A stretch of 59,449 nucleotides of DNA, filler included. It is 3 parts of 3 records of this genome, joined end to end, with 100 filler letters (N's around TTAATTAATTAA, not from the genome) between each part and the next. Parts side by side here need not be neighbours in the genome. Positions count along the whole stretch, not along the records: positions 29,215 to 53,828 come from SRR20825006_2255; 2 more parts are not named here. One strand, written 5' to 3'. The notes beneath the pieces were generated by a model that saw only the letters and a program-made list of their open reading frames with translations, had not been told where the DNA came from and searched no databases. This document shows, one piece after another, positions 40,504 to 49,858 of the stretch (its first letter is position 1; every line of letters begins with the position of its first letter). Position numbers and translations under genes: made by a program.

Positions 40504-42000
40504 ATGAAAAAGAACTTTCTTGTATTTCTATTAAGTGTATTGATTTTTTCTGCGTGTTCTAACGATGATGATGTAGCAGAAGTGGTTGAAGAACCTGAAA
40601 CTGAAGAACCCACACCAGAAGAACCTGACCAGGAGGAAGAAACCCTTGATCGTGCAGACTACCCCATACAGGATTTTATGTATCTGGCAATGAATCTCTA
40701 TTATCTCTACAAGGCAGATATCCCTGAGCTTGCCGATGATTACTTCACTGATGTAGATACCTATGTAGAGTACCTTGCAGAGAATACAGTTCCTGAAGAT
40801 TTTTACTATGATGAATTAGTTTCAGAACAGGACCGTTTTAGTTTTATGACGGATGATTATGTAGCTCTAGAGAACAGTTTTTCCGGAGTGAGCAAAAGTA
40901 ATGGACTTAAATACAGTTTAGTTCGCTTTTCAAACTCCAATGATATTTTTGGTTACGTGCGCTATGTTGCACCCAATTCTAATGCTTCGGCAACAGCAAT
41001 CAAAAGAGGAGATTTATTCTTAACAATTGATGGTACACAAATGAACCTCAGCAACTATCAAACATTACTTGCTCAAGATAGTTATACTTTAGGTTTGGCA
41101 ACTATTGCTAATAATACAGTGAGCGCTACGGGAACTTCGGTTACACTTACTAAAGAAGAAGGTTTTTCAGAAAATCCTATTTTAATTGCAAAGACGTTAG
41201 ACATTGATGGTCAAAAAATTGGGTATTTAATGTATAACTCTTATGTAGGCGATTATGATGACGAACTCAACGCAGCTTTTGCTGATTTTAAAGCTGATGG
41301 AATCACAGATCTTGTTTTAGATCTTCGCTACAACGGTGGTGGTTCTGTTGCAAGTGCCATTGATTTGACTTCTATGATCACCGGACAATTTGAAGGAGAA
41401 GTAATTACTAAACAACAATGGAATGCAGAGGCTCAAGCTTATTTTGAGTCTGAAAGTCCTGAAAGCTTAATCGACCGTTTTGATGGGCAAATAAGAACTG
41501 GCGAAGCGATTAACAGCTTAAACCTTACCAGACTTTATGTTATAGGAACCGAAAGTACCGCTTCTGCGAGTGAATTAACGATTATTGGTCTTCGTCCTTA
41601 TATTGACGTAAAAACGATAGGAACTACAACTGTTGGTAAGTTTCAAGCATCTGTAACACTTTATGATGGAGATAACTTTACTAAACAAAACGTGAATCCA
41701 GATCATAACTACGCAATTCAACCTTTGATCTACACCTATGCTAATGCTAACGGAACCGTAGGTCCTCCAACTGGAATTGTACCTGATTTTGAATTGGAAG
41801 AAGATTTGGCCAACCTAGGTACTTTAGGTGAAGAAAGTGAACCACTATTAAGTCTGGCTTTAGATCAAATTTTAGGTAGAAGCCACACCAGCTCTAAAAG
41901 GAAAGCTGGTCCTGCTTATGAATTAGTAGGTGAGACTGATATGAACCAGCCTACATTCCAAAGAATGTATGCTAATGAAGTACCTCAAATCAAGAAATAA
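40504..42000 (+). CDS. S41 family peptidase lipoprotein, paralog 2
   Basis: Lipobox FSAC, acidic linker, DLRYNGGG, TASASE, GTTTVGK. Confidence 0.92.
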   Translation: MKKNFLVFLLSVLIFSACSNDDDVAEVVEEPETEEPTPEEPDQEEETLDRADYPIQDFMYLAMNLYYLYKADIPELADDYFTDVDTYVEYLAENTVPEDFYYDELVSEQDRFSFMTDDYVALENSFSGVSKSNGLKYSLVRFSNSNDIFGYVRYVAPNSNASATAIKRGDLFLTIDGTQMNLSNYQTLLAQDSYTLGLATIANNTVSATGTSVTLTKEEGFSENPILIAKTLDIDGQKIGYLMYNSYVGDYDDELNAAFADFKADGITDLVLDLRYNGGGSVASAIDLTSMITGQFEGEVITKQQWNAEAQAYFESESPESLIDRFDGQIRTGEAINSLNLTRLYVIGTESTASASELTIIGLRPYIDVKTIGTTTVGKFQASVTLYDGDNFTKQNVNPDHNYAIQPLIYTYANANGTVGPPTGIVPDFELEEDLANLGTLGEESEPLLSLALDQILGRSHTSSKRKAGPAYELVGETDMNQPTFQRMYANEVPQIKK

Positions 42001-42015
42001 AGTTTGATGTATATA

Positions 42016-42060
42016 GCATAAAAAAAATCCGCTGATGAATTCAGCGGATTTTTTTTATGC
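42016..42060. terminator. Bidirectional terminator
   Basis: Perfect 20-bp inverted repeat GCATAAAAAAAATCCGCTGA / TCAGCGGATTTTTTTTATGC between convergent genes. Confidence 0.92.
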
Positions 42061-42079
42061 GTTTTAAACTTTAATATGT

Positions 42080-43144
42080 TTAGTTAAAGTAGAAACCGTT
42101 GGGACCTAGTCCAACCGTTATATTTTTTAATAAACTTCCATTCGTTGAATACATTTCAACAAAGCTATCAGAAGAAAAATCTCCTCCGTCAGCGATATAT
42201 ATACGACCATCTTCCACTGCAAAACCATACATTGCACCATATTCAGATGTTGAACTGTAGGTAAGAAGTGCAGTAGTAGGCTCAGTTATGCTGTTTTGTT
42301 CCATAACATAAACAGATCGATCTATTGTGAAATAAGCTTGGTCATCTTCTAAGACTAAATTTGATGCTCCGCTCAAATCTGCAAATTCTAAAACGCTTAT
42401 TTGCTCTCCATTATCTTTATTAAACACTTCATAAGAATTACTAGAAAGAGCATAAATAGAACCGTCTTCAATATCAAAAGAATTGACACCAAAAGCAGTA
42501 GAAATTGTTCTTTCAACAGTGTTAGAAGAAGGATTTATCACATTTATAGTATTTCCGTAACCAAAAGAAGAACCATTTACATAGATCAGTCCATCCTCTT
42601 CTTCAATTTGTTCGGTATAGCTATCTGTCTCAATAGTTGATTCTACAGATAATGTTTCTAAGTTGATTACCGCAATGAAATCATCATAACTAGCTGGAGG
42701 ATTATCATTGTCATAAGTATAATCATTAAACGTATTATTATTGGTTACATAGGCTTTACCATTATAAACAACCCCGTACTTCGGAACGGTTAAACCTTCA
42801 TCTATCACATCAATTAACTCAAAAGTATAACGATCTACCACAGTAATTAGATTTGATCCATTAGAGATAATATATGCTCTATCATTATCATCAAAAAATA
42901 TGGATTGAGTATATGCTCCTAAATCAGCTGCATTTGGATTTACGCTTGCAAAAATGTCTTGCTCCACGGTACTAAGATCATCACTGATATAGGTAACCGT
43001 ACCTATTCCTCCCTCATTCAACACAAAAAAACCATCTGTGTAATCGCCTTCCGGAAGTGGTTCTGACGCGTCATCATCATTAGAACACGAGTTCAATACA
43101 AATGCGCCTAAAAGCGCAAAAAGTGCTAGTTTATTAATTTTCAT
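42080..43144 (-). CDS. BtuG-like surface beta-propeller lipoprotein (YncE/DUF5074-like)
   Basis: Lipobox LNSC, GFFVLNEG, DIFASVN..LG..QS, GKAYVTN, VGLGPNGFYFN; downstream of btuB. Confidence 0.8.
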   Translation of the reverse strand: MKINKLALFALLGAFVLNSCSNDDDASEPLPEGDYTDGFFVLNEGGIGTVTYISDDLSTVEQDIFASVNPNAADLGAYTQSIFFDDNDRAYIISNGSNLITVVDRYTFELIDVIDEGLTVPKYGVVYNGKAYVTNNNTFNDYTYDNDNPPASYDDFIAVINLETLSVESTIETDSYTEQIEEEDGLIYVNGSSFGYGNTINVINPSSNTVERTISTAFGVNSFDIEDGSIYALSSNSYEVFNKDNGEQISVLEFADLSGASNLVLEDDQAYFTIDRSVYVMEQNSITEPTTALLTYSSTSEYGAMYGFAVEDGRIYIADGGDFSSDSFVEMYSTNGSLLKNITVGLGPNGFYFN

Positions 43145-43155
43145 AGTTGCTTGAT

Positions 43156-44994
43156 TTATAGTTTTAAATTTAAATACATACTAAAGTTTCGCCCGGGCAT
43201 CCAGCGGTTTACCACACTTTGATATTCGGCATTAAACATGTTATTTACGCGTGCACCCAACTCATAATTTTTCTCTTTACCTAAAGAATATCCTAAGCTT
43301 AAATTGGCCACAGCATACGCGTCCAGATTATACCGGCTATTATTATCACTGCGCGTAAACACCTCTCCTACATAGATCGCCTGCACTGCGGCATTAAAAC
43401 GTTGAAAGTCATAATTGATTCCGGCGGTTGCTTTATGAAAGGGCACATAGATCAGTTGATATCCAGTTTGCGCGTTTTCAGAAACCGTATAGGCATAAGT
43501 TCCGTAGAATTCCAGATGCTGATTTCTGCCTAATTTTGGCGACCAACTTAAAATACTTTCAATACCATAAATGCTAACCTCTTCTTCATTTTGAGGACGC
43601 CAAACGCCATCGCTGCCGGGTAACCAGCGAATCATGTCCGTAATCGAATTGTAATATCCGGTGAGATCCAGTTTAAAATTGGCTATGGTGAGGCTCGCTC
43701 CTAACTGACCTTGTAGCGATTTCTCAGGAAGCAACTCCGCATTCCCTGCGCCTGACCAATACAAGTCATTATAAGTTGGAATCCTAAAATTGCGAGAACC
43801 ACTTAAATTAAGGCTGAAATGCTCTGAAAATGCTTTGCTAGCGGCAACCGAGAACAAAAAAGGACTTTCGTAATTATTGGTTATTTCTTTTCTAAAACCC
43901 AATTCGTAATCCAGCTCATTTTTAAGCTGATGCTTCATTAATACTGCTGCCGAAAAAATATTGCGATCGTTATCGCCTAAGCTTGACCCTTCTCCTGATG
44001 TATACGTATTGGTCAATACGGAATTTATCGAGAGCGCTTCAGAAAAAGCATAGGTAAGATCGTATTTAGCAATCGTGGTTTTTGCCTTTCCGAAGGAAAA
44101 ATTATCAGAATCTAAATTTCCGAAGTACTTATAATATTCCGCTAAATAGGCCAGTCGCGCGATGGACGTGAAATTTGAAAAATCATACTCCCACTCTAGT
44201 AAATTTTTCGTGTTGAGATCATCGTATTTAGTTCGGGTTTCAGAAGCTCTGATCAGCGAAAAATGCCGCTCGCCGTCAAAAACTTCGCTAAAAAACCGCA
44301 GGCTATGTTGACGACTGAGTTTAAAACCTAAACCTACATTAAGTGCGGTGTTTTGAAAATCTCCATTCAAATTTGTCCCGCCATCCGGATAATCGTAGTC
44401 ATTGTCACTACTATTGTGTGCTAAAGCTATACTTAAGCTATAAGCCTGTGTTCCTAACTTAAATTGATAGCGCGCATCACGAGTATTAAAGCTTCCATAC
44501 TGCAAAAACAAATTATGCTCCTGCTGTGTTATAAACTCCAGTTTAGTATTCAAGTGCACGCTTCCACCAATGGCTCCCGTTCCATAAACAACGCTTCCAC
44601 CACCGCCACGCACAGCGATCTCATCATAAGCGCCACTGTTTACCGTATTAAAATCTAATTGCCCATTAAACTGCGAGTTGATGTTGATCCCATTCCAGAT
44701 AACAGCCGTCTGAGATGCAGTAGTTCCTCTAAAAGACGGAGAAGAAACCATCCCTAGTCCGTTTTCTTTAAAATAGATGGGAGAATTAAAATTTAACGTA
44801 TTGGTCAGCAGCGGTCTGTTGAGGCGGGCAATGCTATCAGACAATTGTAAAACTGCGCGCCCAGTAGAATATTGTTTCAGCTTTAGATCTGTGATATAGA
44901 CAGAATCTAAGGCGGTAAACGCAGTGTTTTGCCCATACGTAAAACCAACGCATAGCCCTAATGCTAAGAAAAAATAGAAAACTCTTATGTTCAT
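43156..44994 (-). CDS. btuB: TonB-dependent receptor, probable vitamin B12 transporter
   Basis: Plug SFRGT..QTAVIWNGININS, YGTGAIGG, FRIPTYNDLYW, MPGRNF; riboswitch upstream. Confidence 0.88.
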   Translation of the reverse strand: MNIRVFYFFLALGLCVGFTYGQNTAFTALDSVYITDLKLKQYSTGRAVLQLSDSIARLNRPLLTNTLNFNSPIYFKENGLGMVSSPSFRGTTASQTAVIWNGININSQFNGQLDFNTVNSGAYDEIAVRGGGGSVVYGTGAIGGSVHLNTKLEFITQQEHNLFLQYGSFNTRDARYQFKLGTQAYSLSIALAHNSSDNDYDYPDGGTNLNGDFQNTALNVGLGFKLSRQHSLRFFSEVFDGERHFSLIRASETRTKYDDLNTKNLLEWEYDFSNFTSIARLAYLAEYYKYFGNLDSDNFSFGKAKTTIAKYDLTYAFSEALSINSVLTNTYTSGEGSSLGDNDRNIFSAAVLMKHQLKNELDYELGFRKEITNNYESPFLFSVAASKAFSEHFSLNLSGSRNFRIPTYNDLYWSGAGNAELLPEKSLQGQLGASLTIANFKLDLTGYYNSITDMIRWLPGSDGVWRPQNEEEVSIYGIESILSWSPKLGRNQHLEFYGTYAYTVSENAQTGYQLIYVPFHKATAGINYDFQRFNAAVQAIYVGEVFTRSDNNSRYNLDAYAVANLSLGYSLGKEKNYELGARVNNMFNAEYQSVVNRWMPGRNFSMYLNLKL

Positions 44995-45035
44995 ACTGCT
45001 CCAGACCTTTAACCCGAAAGTCTTTTGTTACTACG

Positions 45036-45246
45036 TGTTCTGGCAGGTCTCCTGGCTTGCGTATAAAGATTAAACCTTCCCATCACAAAAAGGACAGTGG
45101 TGTAAGTGCAATCTTTACCGTTCTAAAAAGAACTAAGCTTACAGTTGCGGGAACAGCTCAGGCTTCCATTAATTCTGAATTCAAAATTAGTGTACCTGAT
45201 TCCCTTTTAAGGCATTCTCATCGATGAAAATGGCCACCAAAAATCG
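45036..45246 (-). ncRNA. Cobalamin riboswitch
   Basis: Minus strand TTTTGGT...AAAAGGGAATCAGG...CCTGAGCTGTTCCCGCAACTGT...ACCACTG...TGGGAAGG...AAGCCAGGAGACCTGCCAGAA (B12 box). Confidence 0.96.
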
Positions 45247-45299
45247 TGGTGCGAAGTTAATCAAATAGCTTAGTTTGCATTCCTTTTTTTTATTAATCT

Positions 45300-45307
45300 T
45301 ACTTTTG
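45300..45307 (+). promoter_or_regulatory. Candidate -7 element for the btuFCD operon
   Basis: TACTTTTG matches TAnnTTTG. Confidence 0.45.
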
Positions 45308-45350
45308 AATTTTTATAGAAATGACACCAGATCCTTTTAAACTTTAAATT

Positions 45351-46496
45351 TTGATCAAAAATCTTCTTTCAATATTCCTTTGCATTGCGTTTTTGAGCGT
45401 TGTGTCTTGTAAAAAGAATACCGAAAAATCTGCTGAAACACTTCAGGCTGCGTCTCAAAATACAATTGAATATGCCCAAGGTTTCACACTTAATACCTAT
45501 GATTCCTATACAATTCTAAGCGTTACCAATGCTTGGCCTGAAAGTGACAAGACTTTTAATTATTTATTATTGAAAGAAGGTCAGACAGCTCCAGACAGCA
45601 TTCAAGCCGATGCCGTGATTCACGTGCCTATTCAATCTATCGTGGTAACGTCAACTACGCATATTCCGGCTTTAGAACTTTTAGGCGTTGAACATTCTCT
45701 GGTAGGTTTTCCTAATCTCGATTACATTTCTTCAGAAAAAACGCGCGCTTTGATTGATTCTGGTGCAATTACCGAATTAGGCCAAAACGAATCTATAAAC
45801 ACCGAAAAAGCCATTGATCTTGATCCTGATGTGGTGGTAAGTTTTGGCGTTGAAGGCGAAAATAAAACTTTAAGTTCTTTGCAAAGAGCCAAAATCCCTG
45901 TGCTTTACAATGGAGATTGGACGGAGCACCAACCGCTAGGCCAAGCGGAATGGATCAAATTTTTTGCTGCACTTTATGGGAAAGAAAAAGAAGCAGACTC
46001 TATTTTCAAGCATATAGAAACCCGCTATACTGATCTTAAAGAAAAAGCATTAGCTGCTAAAAATAGACCCACTGTGTTAAGTGGAGCAATGTTTAAAGAT
46101 GTCTGGTATTTACCCAAAGGCGACAGCTGGGCGGCCCAACTGGTTGCCGATGCTAACTCTTCTTATTTATATGCAGATACCGAAGGAACCGGAAGCGCAG
46201 CACTAAGTGTTGAATCGGTTTTAGATAAGAGTCAGACCGCAGCATTCTGGATCGCTCCCAATGCTTTTGCGAGTTATGAGGCGCTTGCTGAAGCTAATGA
46301 TGTGTACACCCAGTTTGATGCGTACAAAAGAAAAACGATTTACAGCTTCGCGAAAGCTAAAGGTGCAACAGGCGGAATGTTATATTATGAGCTTGCTCCT
46401 TCCCGCCCTGATTGGGTTTTAGAAGATTTAATCGGAATTTTTCATCCGGAGTTGAAACAGGCTAGTAAACCTCATTTTTTCTTTCCACTTGACTAA
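45351..46496 (+). CDS. ABC substrate-binding lipoprotein (BtuF-like)
   Basis: Lipoprotein; YAQGF, STTH, E..PLGQAEWIKF, RPDWVLEDL..IFHP. Confidence 0.88.
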   Translation: MIKNLLSIFLCIAFLSVVSCKKNTEKSAETLQAASQNTIEYAQGFTLNTYDSYTILSVTNAWPESDKTFNYLLLKEGQTAPDSIQADAVIHVPIQSIVVTSTTHIPALELLGVEHSLVGFPNLDYISSEKTRALIDSGAITELGQNESINTEKAIDLDPDVVVSFGVEGENKTLSSLQRAKIPVLYNGDWTEHQPLGQAEWIKFFAALYGKEKEADSIFKHIETRYTDLKEKALAAKNRPTVLSGAMFKDVWYLPKGDSWAAQLVADANSSYLYADTEGTGSAALSVESVLDKSQTAAFWIAPNAFASYEALAEANDVYTQFDAYKRKTIYSFAKAKGATGGMLYYELAPSRPDWVLEDLIGIFHPELKQASKPHFFFPLD

Positions 46497-47517
46497 TAAA
46501 AAAAAGCATAGCACCCGTTTTATTTTGCTAACCGCAATGGTGCTGTTGCTGTTTTTAGCAAATATTGCCTTAGGTTCTGTAAAAATTCCTATAGAGGCGA
46601 TTTTTGATATATTTTTTGATCCAGCGAACGTAAAAGAAGCCTGGAAATACATCATTCTTGATTACCGCATACCTAAAGCCTTAGCTGCAGTGATGACCGG
46701 TAGCGGACTAGCCGTTGCGGGTTTGATGATGCAAACGCTTTTTAAGAATCCACTTGCCGGCCCGTTTGTGTTGGGGATCAGTAGCGGCGCAAGCCTTGGT
46801 GTTGCATTTTTTATTTTAGGTGGAAGTGCTCTGGGGCTGACGGCCATTCTTGCTCCAAACGGCTGGGGAACCATCCTCGCGGCGAGTTTAGGCAGTTTTG
46901 CCGTACTGAGTATCGTGATTCTCGTGGCTGCCCGAGTGCGCGATGCAATGGCGCTACTCATCATCGGGTTGATGTTTGGCAGCCTTACATCGGCAGTGGT
47001 AAGTATTCTCGCTTATTTTAGTCCGGCTGAAGATTTGCAGCGCTATATGTTTTGGTCCTTTGGTAGCTTAGGAGATATTTCGTGGCCCGCTTTGGGCATT
47101 CTTTCGGTTTGCTATGTTACTGGCATTTTACTCGCGCTGAGCATTACGAAAAGCCTGAATAGTTTATTATTAGGAGACTATTATGCACAGACTTTGGGAG
47201 TTTCCCTAAAAAAAAGCCGGTTTATCATTTTAATAGCTACAAGTATTTTAGCCGGAAGTTTAACCGCATTTGTAGGACCAATCGCGTTTGTGGGTCTTGC
47301 TGTTCCGCATTTGATTCGGCAATGGTTTACCGCTTCCAATCATTGGGTTTTAATGCCGGCTTGTATTTTGGGAGGCGCTGTGCTGATGCTTTTTTGCGAC
47401 ATTATCGCTCAGATGCCGTGGTTTGAATTTACACTCCCTATCAACGCAATCACCTCGCTTATAGGTGCCCCCATTGTAATCTGGCTACTCGTACGGAAGA
47501 AAAAACTATTATTCTAA
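46489..47517 (+). CDS. FecCD/BtuC family ABC permease
   Basis: RIPKA, MQTLFKNPLAGP.VLGISSGA, GPIAFVGLAVPH. Confidence 0.93.
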   Translation: MTNKKKHSTRFILLTAMVLLLFLANIALGSVKIPIEAIFDIFFDPANVKEAWKYIILDYRIPKALAAVMTGSGLAVAGLMMQTLFKNPLAGPFVLGISSGASLGVAFFILGGSALGLTAILAPNGWGTILAASLGSFAVLSIVILVAARVRDAMALLIIGLMFGSLTSAVVSILAYFSPAEDLQRYMFWSFGSLGDISWPALGILSVCYVTGILLALSITKSLNSLLLGDYYAQTLGVSLKKSRFIILIATSILAGSLTAFVGPIAFVGLAVPHLIRQWFTASNHWVLMPACILGGAVLMLFCDIIAQMPWFEFTLPINAITSLIGAPIVIWLLVRKKKLLF

Positions 47518-47521
47518 TCCT

Positions 47522-48310
47522 ATGAAACAAGCTAAATCAGTTTTACTCAAATGCGAAGCGCTTTCAGTGGGTTATACCTCTTCCTCATTAGAAAAACCAA
47601 TTGTCGAAGATGCCAATCTTCAATTAAAACCCGGTATGTTCACTACTTTGGTTGGTATAAATGGTTCCGGAAAGTCTACTTTGCTGCGTAGTCTTGCTGG
47701 TTTACAAAAACCACTCTATGGTTCTATAATATTGAATGATGTCCCGCTTAACAAACTTTCAACCGATGCGCGTTCAAAGTCCATTAGCGTTGTGCTCACC
47801 GGGCAGCAGATCTCAAAAAACCTGAGCGTTTTAGAATTAGTTGCGCTGGGAAGGCAGCCTTATACCAATTGGCTAGGGAAACTTTCAGCACACGATAAAA
47901 CACATATAGATCAGGCTATTGCGTCCACACAGCTTGAAGCGCTTCAGCACACTCCTTGCTATGCTTTGAGCGATGGGCAATTTCAACGCGCTTTGATTGC
48001 AAGAGCTTTAGCACAAGATACTCCCATCATTATGCTTGACGAACCTACAACACATCTAGATTTACACCATAAAGCCTCTATATTTACGTTGCTGAGTGAG
48101 ATCGCACATAAGCACTATAAAACGGTATTGTGCACTACGCACGATATAGAATTGGTGCTTTCGCTTTGCGATGAAATGATCGTAATTCAAAATGAAAAAG
48201 CACAGCAAAACACTCCCCAACAGCTCATTGCTGATGGCGTTTTTAACCAACTATTCCCAAGCAATAGCATTGGCTTTGATCAGAATTCCCAACGCTTTTT
48301 TATAAAGTAA
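47522..48310 (+). CDS. ABC ATP-binding protein (BtuD/FecE-like)
   Basis: GINGSGKS, GRQPY, LSDGQFQR..IARALAQ, LDEPTTHLD. Confidence 0.93.
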   Translation: MKQAKSVLLKCEALSVGYTSSSLEKPIVEDANLQLKPGMFTTLVGINGSGKSTLLRSLAGLQKPLYGSIILNDVPLNKLSTDARSKSISVVLTGQQISKNLSVLELVALGRQPYTNWLGKLSAHDKTHIDQAIASTQLEALQHTPCYALSDGQFQRALIARALAQDTPIIMLDEPTTHLDLHHKASIFTLLSEIAHKHYKTVLCTTHDIELVLSLCDEMIVIQNEKAQQNTPQQLIADGVFNQLFPSNSIGFDQNSQRFFIK

Positions 48311-48415
48311 GATCCTTGTTCGACCCATAAAACATCTAGTAGAACATTACTTTATAGTCCGATAAAAGCTTCGGCAATTATGCGCTTTAGCAGCGCTTAA
48401 TACCTGCTCAAATAG

Positions 48416-48423
48416 TATATTTG
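48416..48423 (+). promoter_or_regulatory. Candidate -7 element for rmuC
   Basis: TATATTTG. Confidence 0.5.
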
Positions 48424-48498
48424 GATATTAAGAGTAAATGGAAGTGTAACTTCTAAATGCTGATTTTCGAGCTTAATTTCTTCTATATCAATTCAAAT

Positions 48499-49836
48499 AT
48501 GACTGAAAGTTTTCTCTTTCTTATAATAGCTTTTGTGGCACTTCTTGGCGGAACAGTGCTAGGCTATTTTATTGCTTCTTTAAAACAAAAAACAAACACC
48601 GCCATTCTTCAAGAGCGTATAAATTCATTGCAAGATCAGCGTTATACCTTTGATCAAGCTAAAACTGACTTACTCAAAAAGCAGGATCACCTTCAGGAGG
48701 ATAAAGAGTTTTTTCAGAACGAACTAACTGCTCGCAATGTAGCTTTTGAAAATTTACAACATCAGTTTAAAGAGAAGACGAGCGAACTCGAGCAGCTGCA
48801 AGAAAAATTTACTAAAGATTTTGAGATCATTGCAAATAAAATACTTGACGAAAAATCTTCAAAGTTCACCCTTCAGAATAAAGAAAACCTTGATACGCTT
48901 TTAAAACCACTTCAAGAGCGCATTTCAAGTTTTGAAAAGAAAGTAGAAGAAACCAACAAAGAAAGTCTTGGAAGACATAGTGAATTGCGCCAACAAATTA
49001 AAGGCTTGGCAGAGCTTAATCTGCAAATGAGCAAAGATGCAGATAACCTGACCAAAGCTTTAAAAGGTGATGCAAAAATGCAAGGAAATTGGGGCGAATT
49101 AATTCTTACACGCATTCTTGAAAAATCGGGTCTAGAGAAAAACAGAGAATATACCGTACAGGACAGCCATCTTGATGAACAAGGAAAACGCTTGCAAACC
49201 GATGTGTTGATTCACCTTCCCGATGGCAAAAAAATGATCATTGACAGTAAAGTGTCTTTAACGGCCTTTGAGCGCTACGTTTCAGAAACTGAAGAAACTC
49301 AGAAAGCAGTTTACCTCAAACAGCACATCGCTTCTGTCAAACAGCACGTTGCCACATTAAGCGCTAAAAATTATCAACTGCTGCTTGAAGAAAGTCCGGA
49401 TACGGTTTTTATGTTTATCCCCATTGAGCCCGCATTTGCACTGGCCTCGGCGCATCATCCGCAATTGTACGAGGAGGCTTTTAATAAAAATGTAATTATC
49501 GTAACGCCTTCTACCCTACTGGCTGCGTTACGCCTGGTTGAAAATTTATGGCAAAATGACCGGCAGAAGAAAAATGCAATTGAGATCGCTACCCACGCGG
49601 GAAGGCTTTATGATTCGTTTACGCTGCTTACCGAAGAATTGACTAAAATAGGACTGCAACTAGATACGGTGCGCAACACTTACGATCGAAGCATGGTTAA
49701 ACTTACCGGTAAGGGGAATCTGATCAACCGTGTTGAGAAATTAAAAAAACTGGGCGCGATCACAAGCAAGCAACTCGATCAAAAATTATTAAAGTCTGCT
49801 GAAGAAGACGATGCTACTGCAAAAGCTAATGACTAA
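48499..49836 (+). CDS. rmuC: DNA recombination protein RmuC
   Basis: TM + coiled coil, QGNWGE..L..ILE.SGL, IIDSKVSL, MFIPIE, TPSTLL. Confidence 0.95.
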   Translation: MTESFLFLIIAFVALLGGTVLGYFIASLKQKTNTAILQERINSLQDQRYTFDQAKTDLLKKQDHLQEDKEFFQNELTARNVAFENLQHQFKEKTSELEQLQEKFTKDFEIIANKILDEKSSKFTLQNKENLDTLLKPLQERISSFEKKVEETNKESLGRHSELRQQIKGLAELNLQMSKDADNLTKALKGDAKMQGNWGELILTRILEKSGLEKNREYTVQDSHLDEQGKRLQTDVLIHLPDGKKMIIDSKVSLTAFERYVSETEETQKAVYLKQHIASVKQHVATLSAKNYQLLLEESPDTVFMFIPIEPAFALASAHHPQLYEEAFNKNVIIVTPSTLLAALRLVENLWQNDRQKKNAIEIATHAGRLYDSFTLLTEELTKIGLQLDTVRNTYDRSMVKLTGKGNLINRVEKLKKLGAITSKQLDQKLLKSAEEDDATAKAND

Positions 49837-49858
49837 ATTTGAAGGCTAGCAAAAGATT

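Noticed and set aside
42016-42060. 20-bp perfect inverted repeat as a MITE/REP element
   Set aside because: Single copy between convergent genes with A/T tails; an ordinary bidirectional terminator
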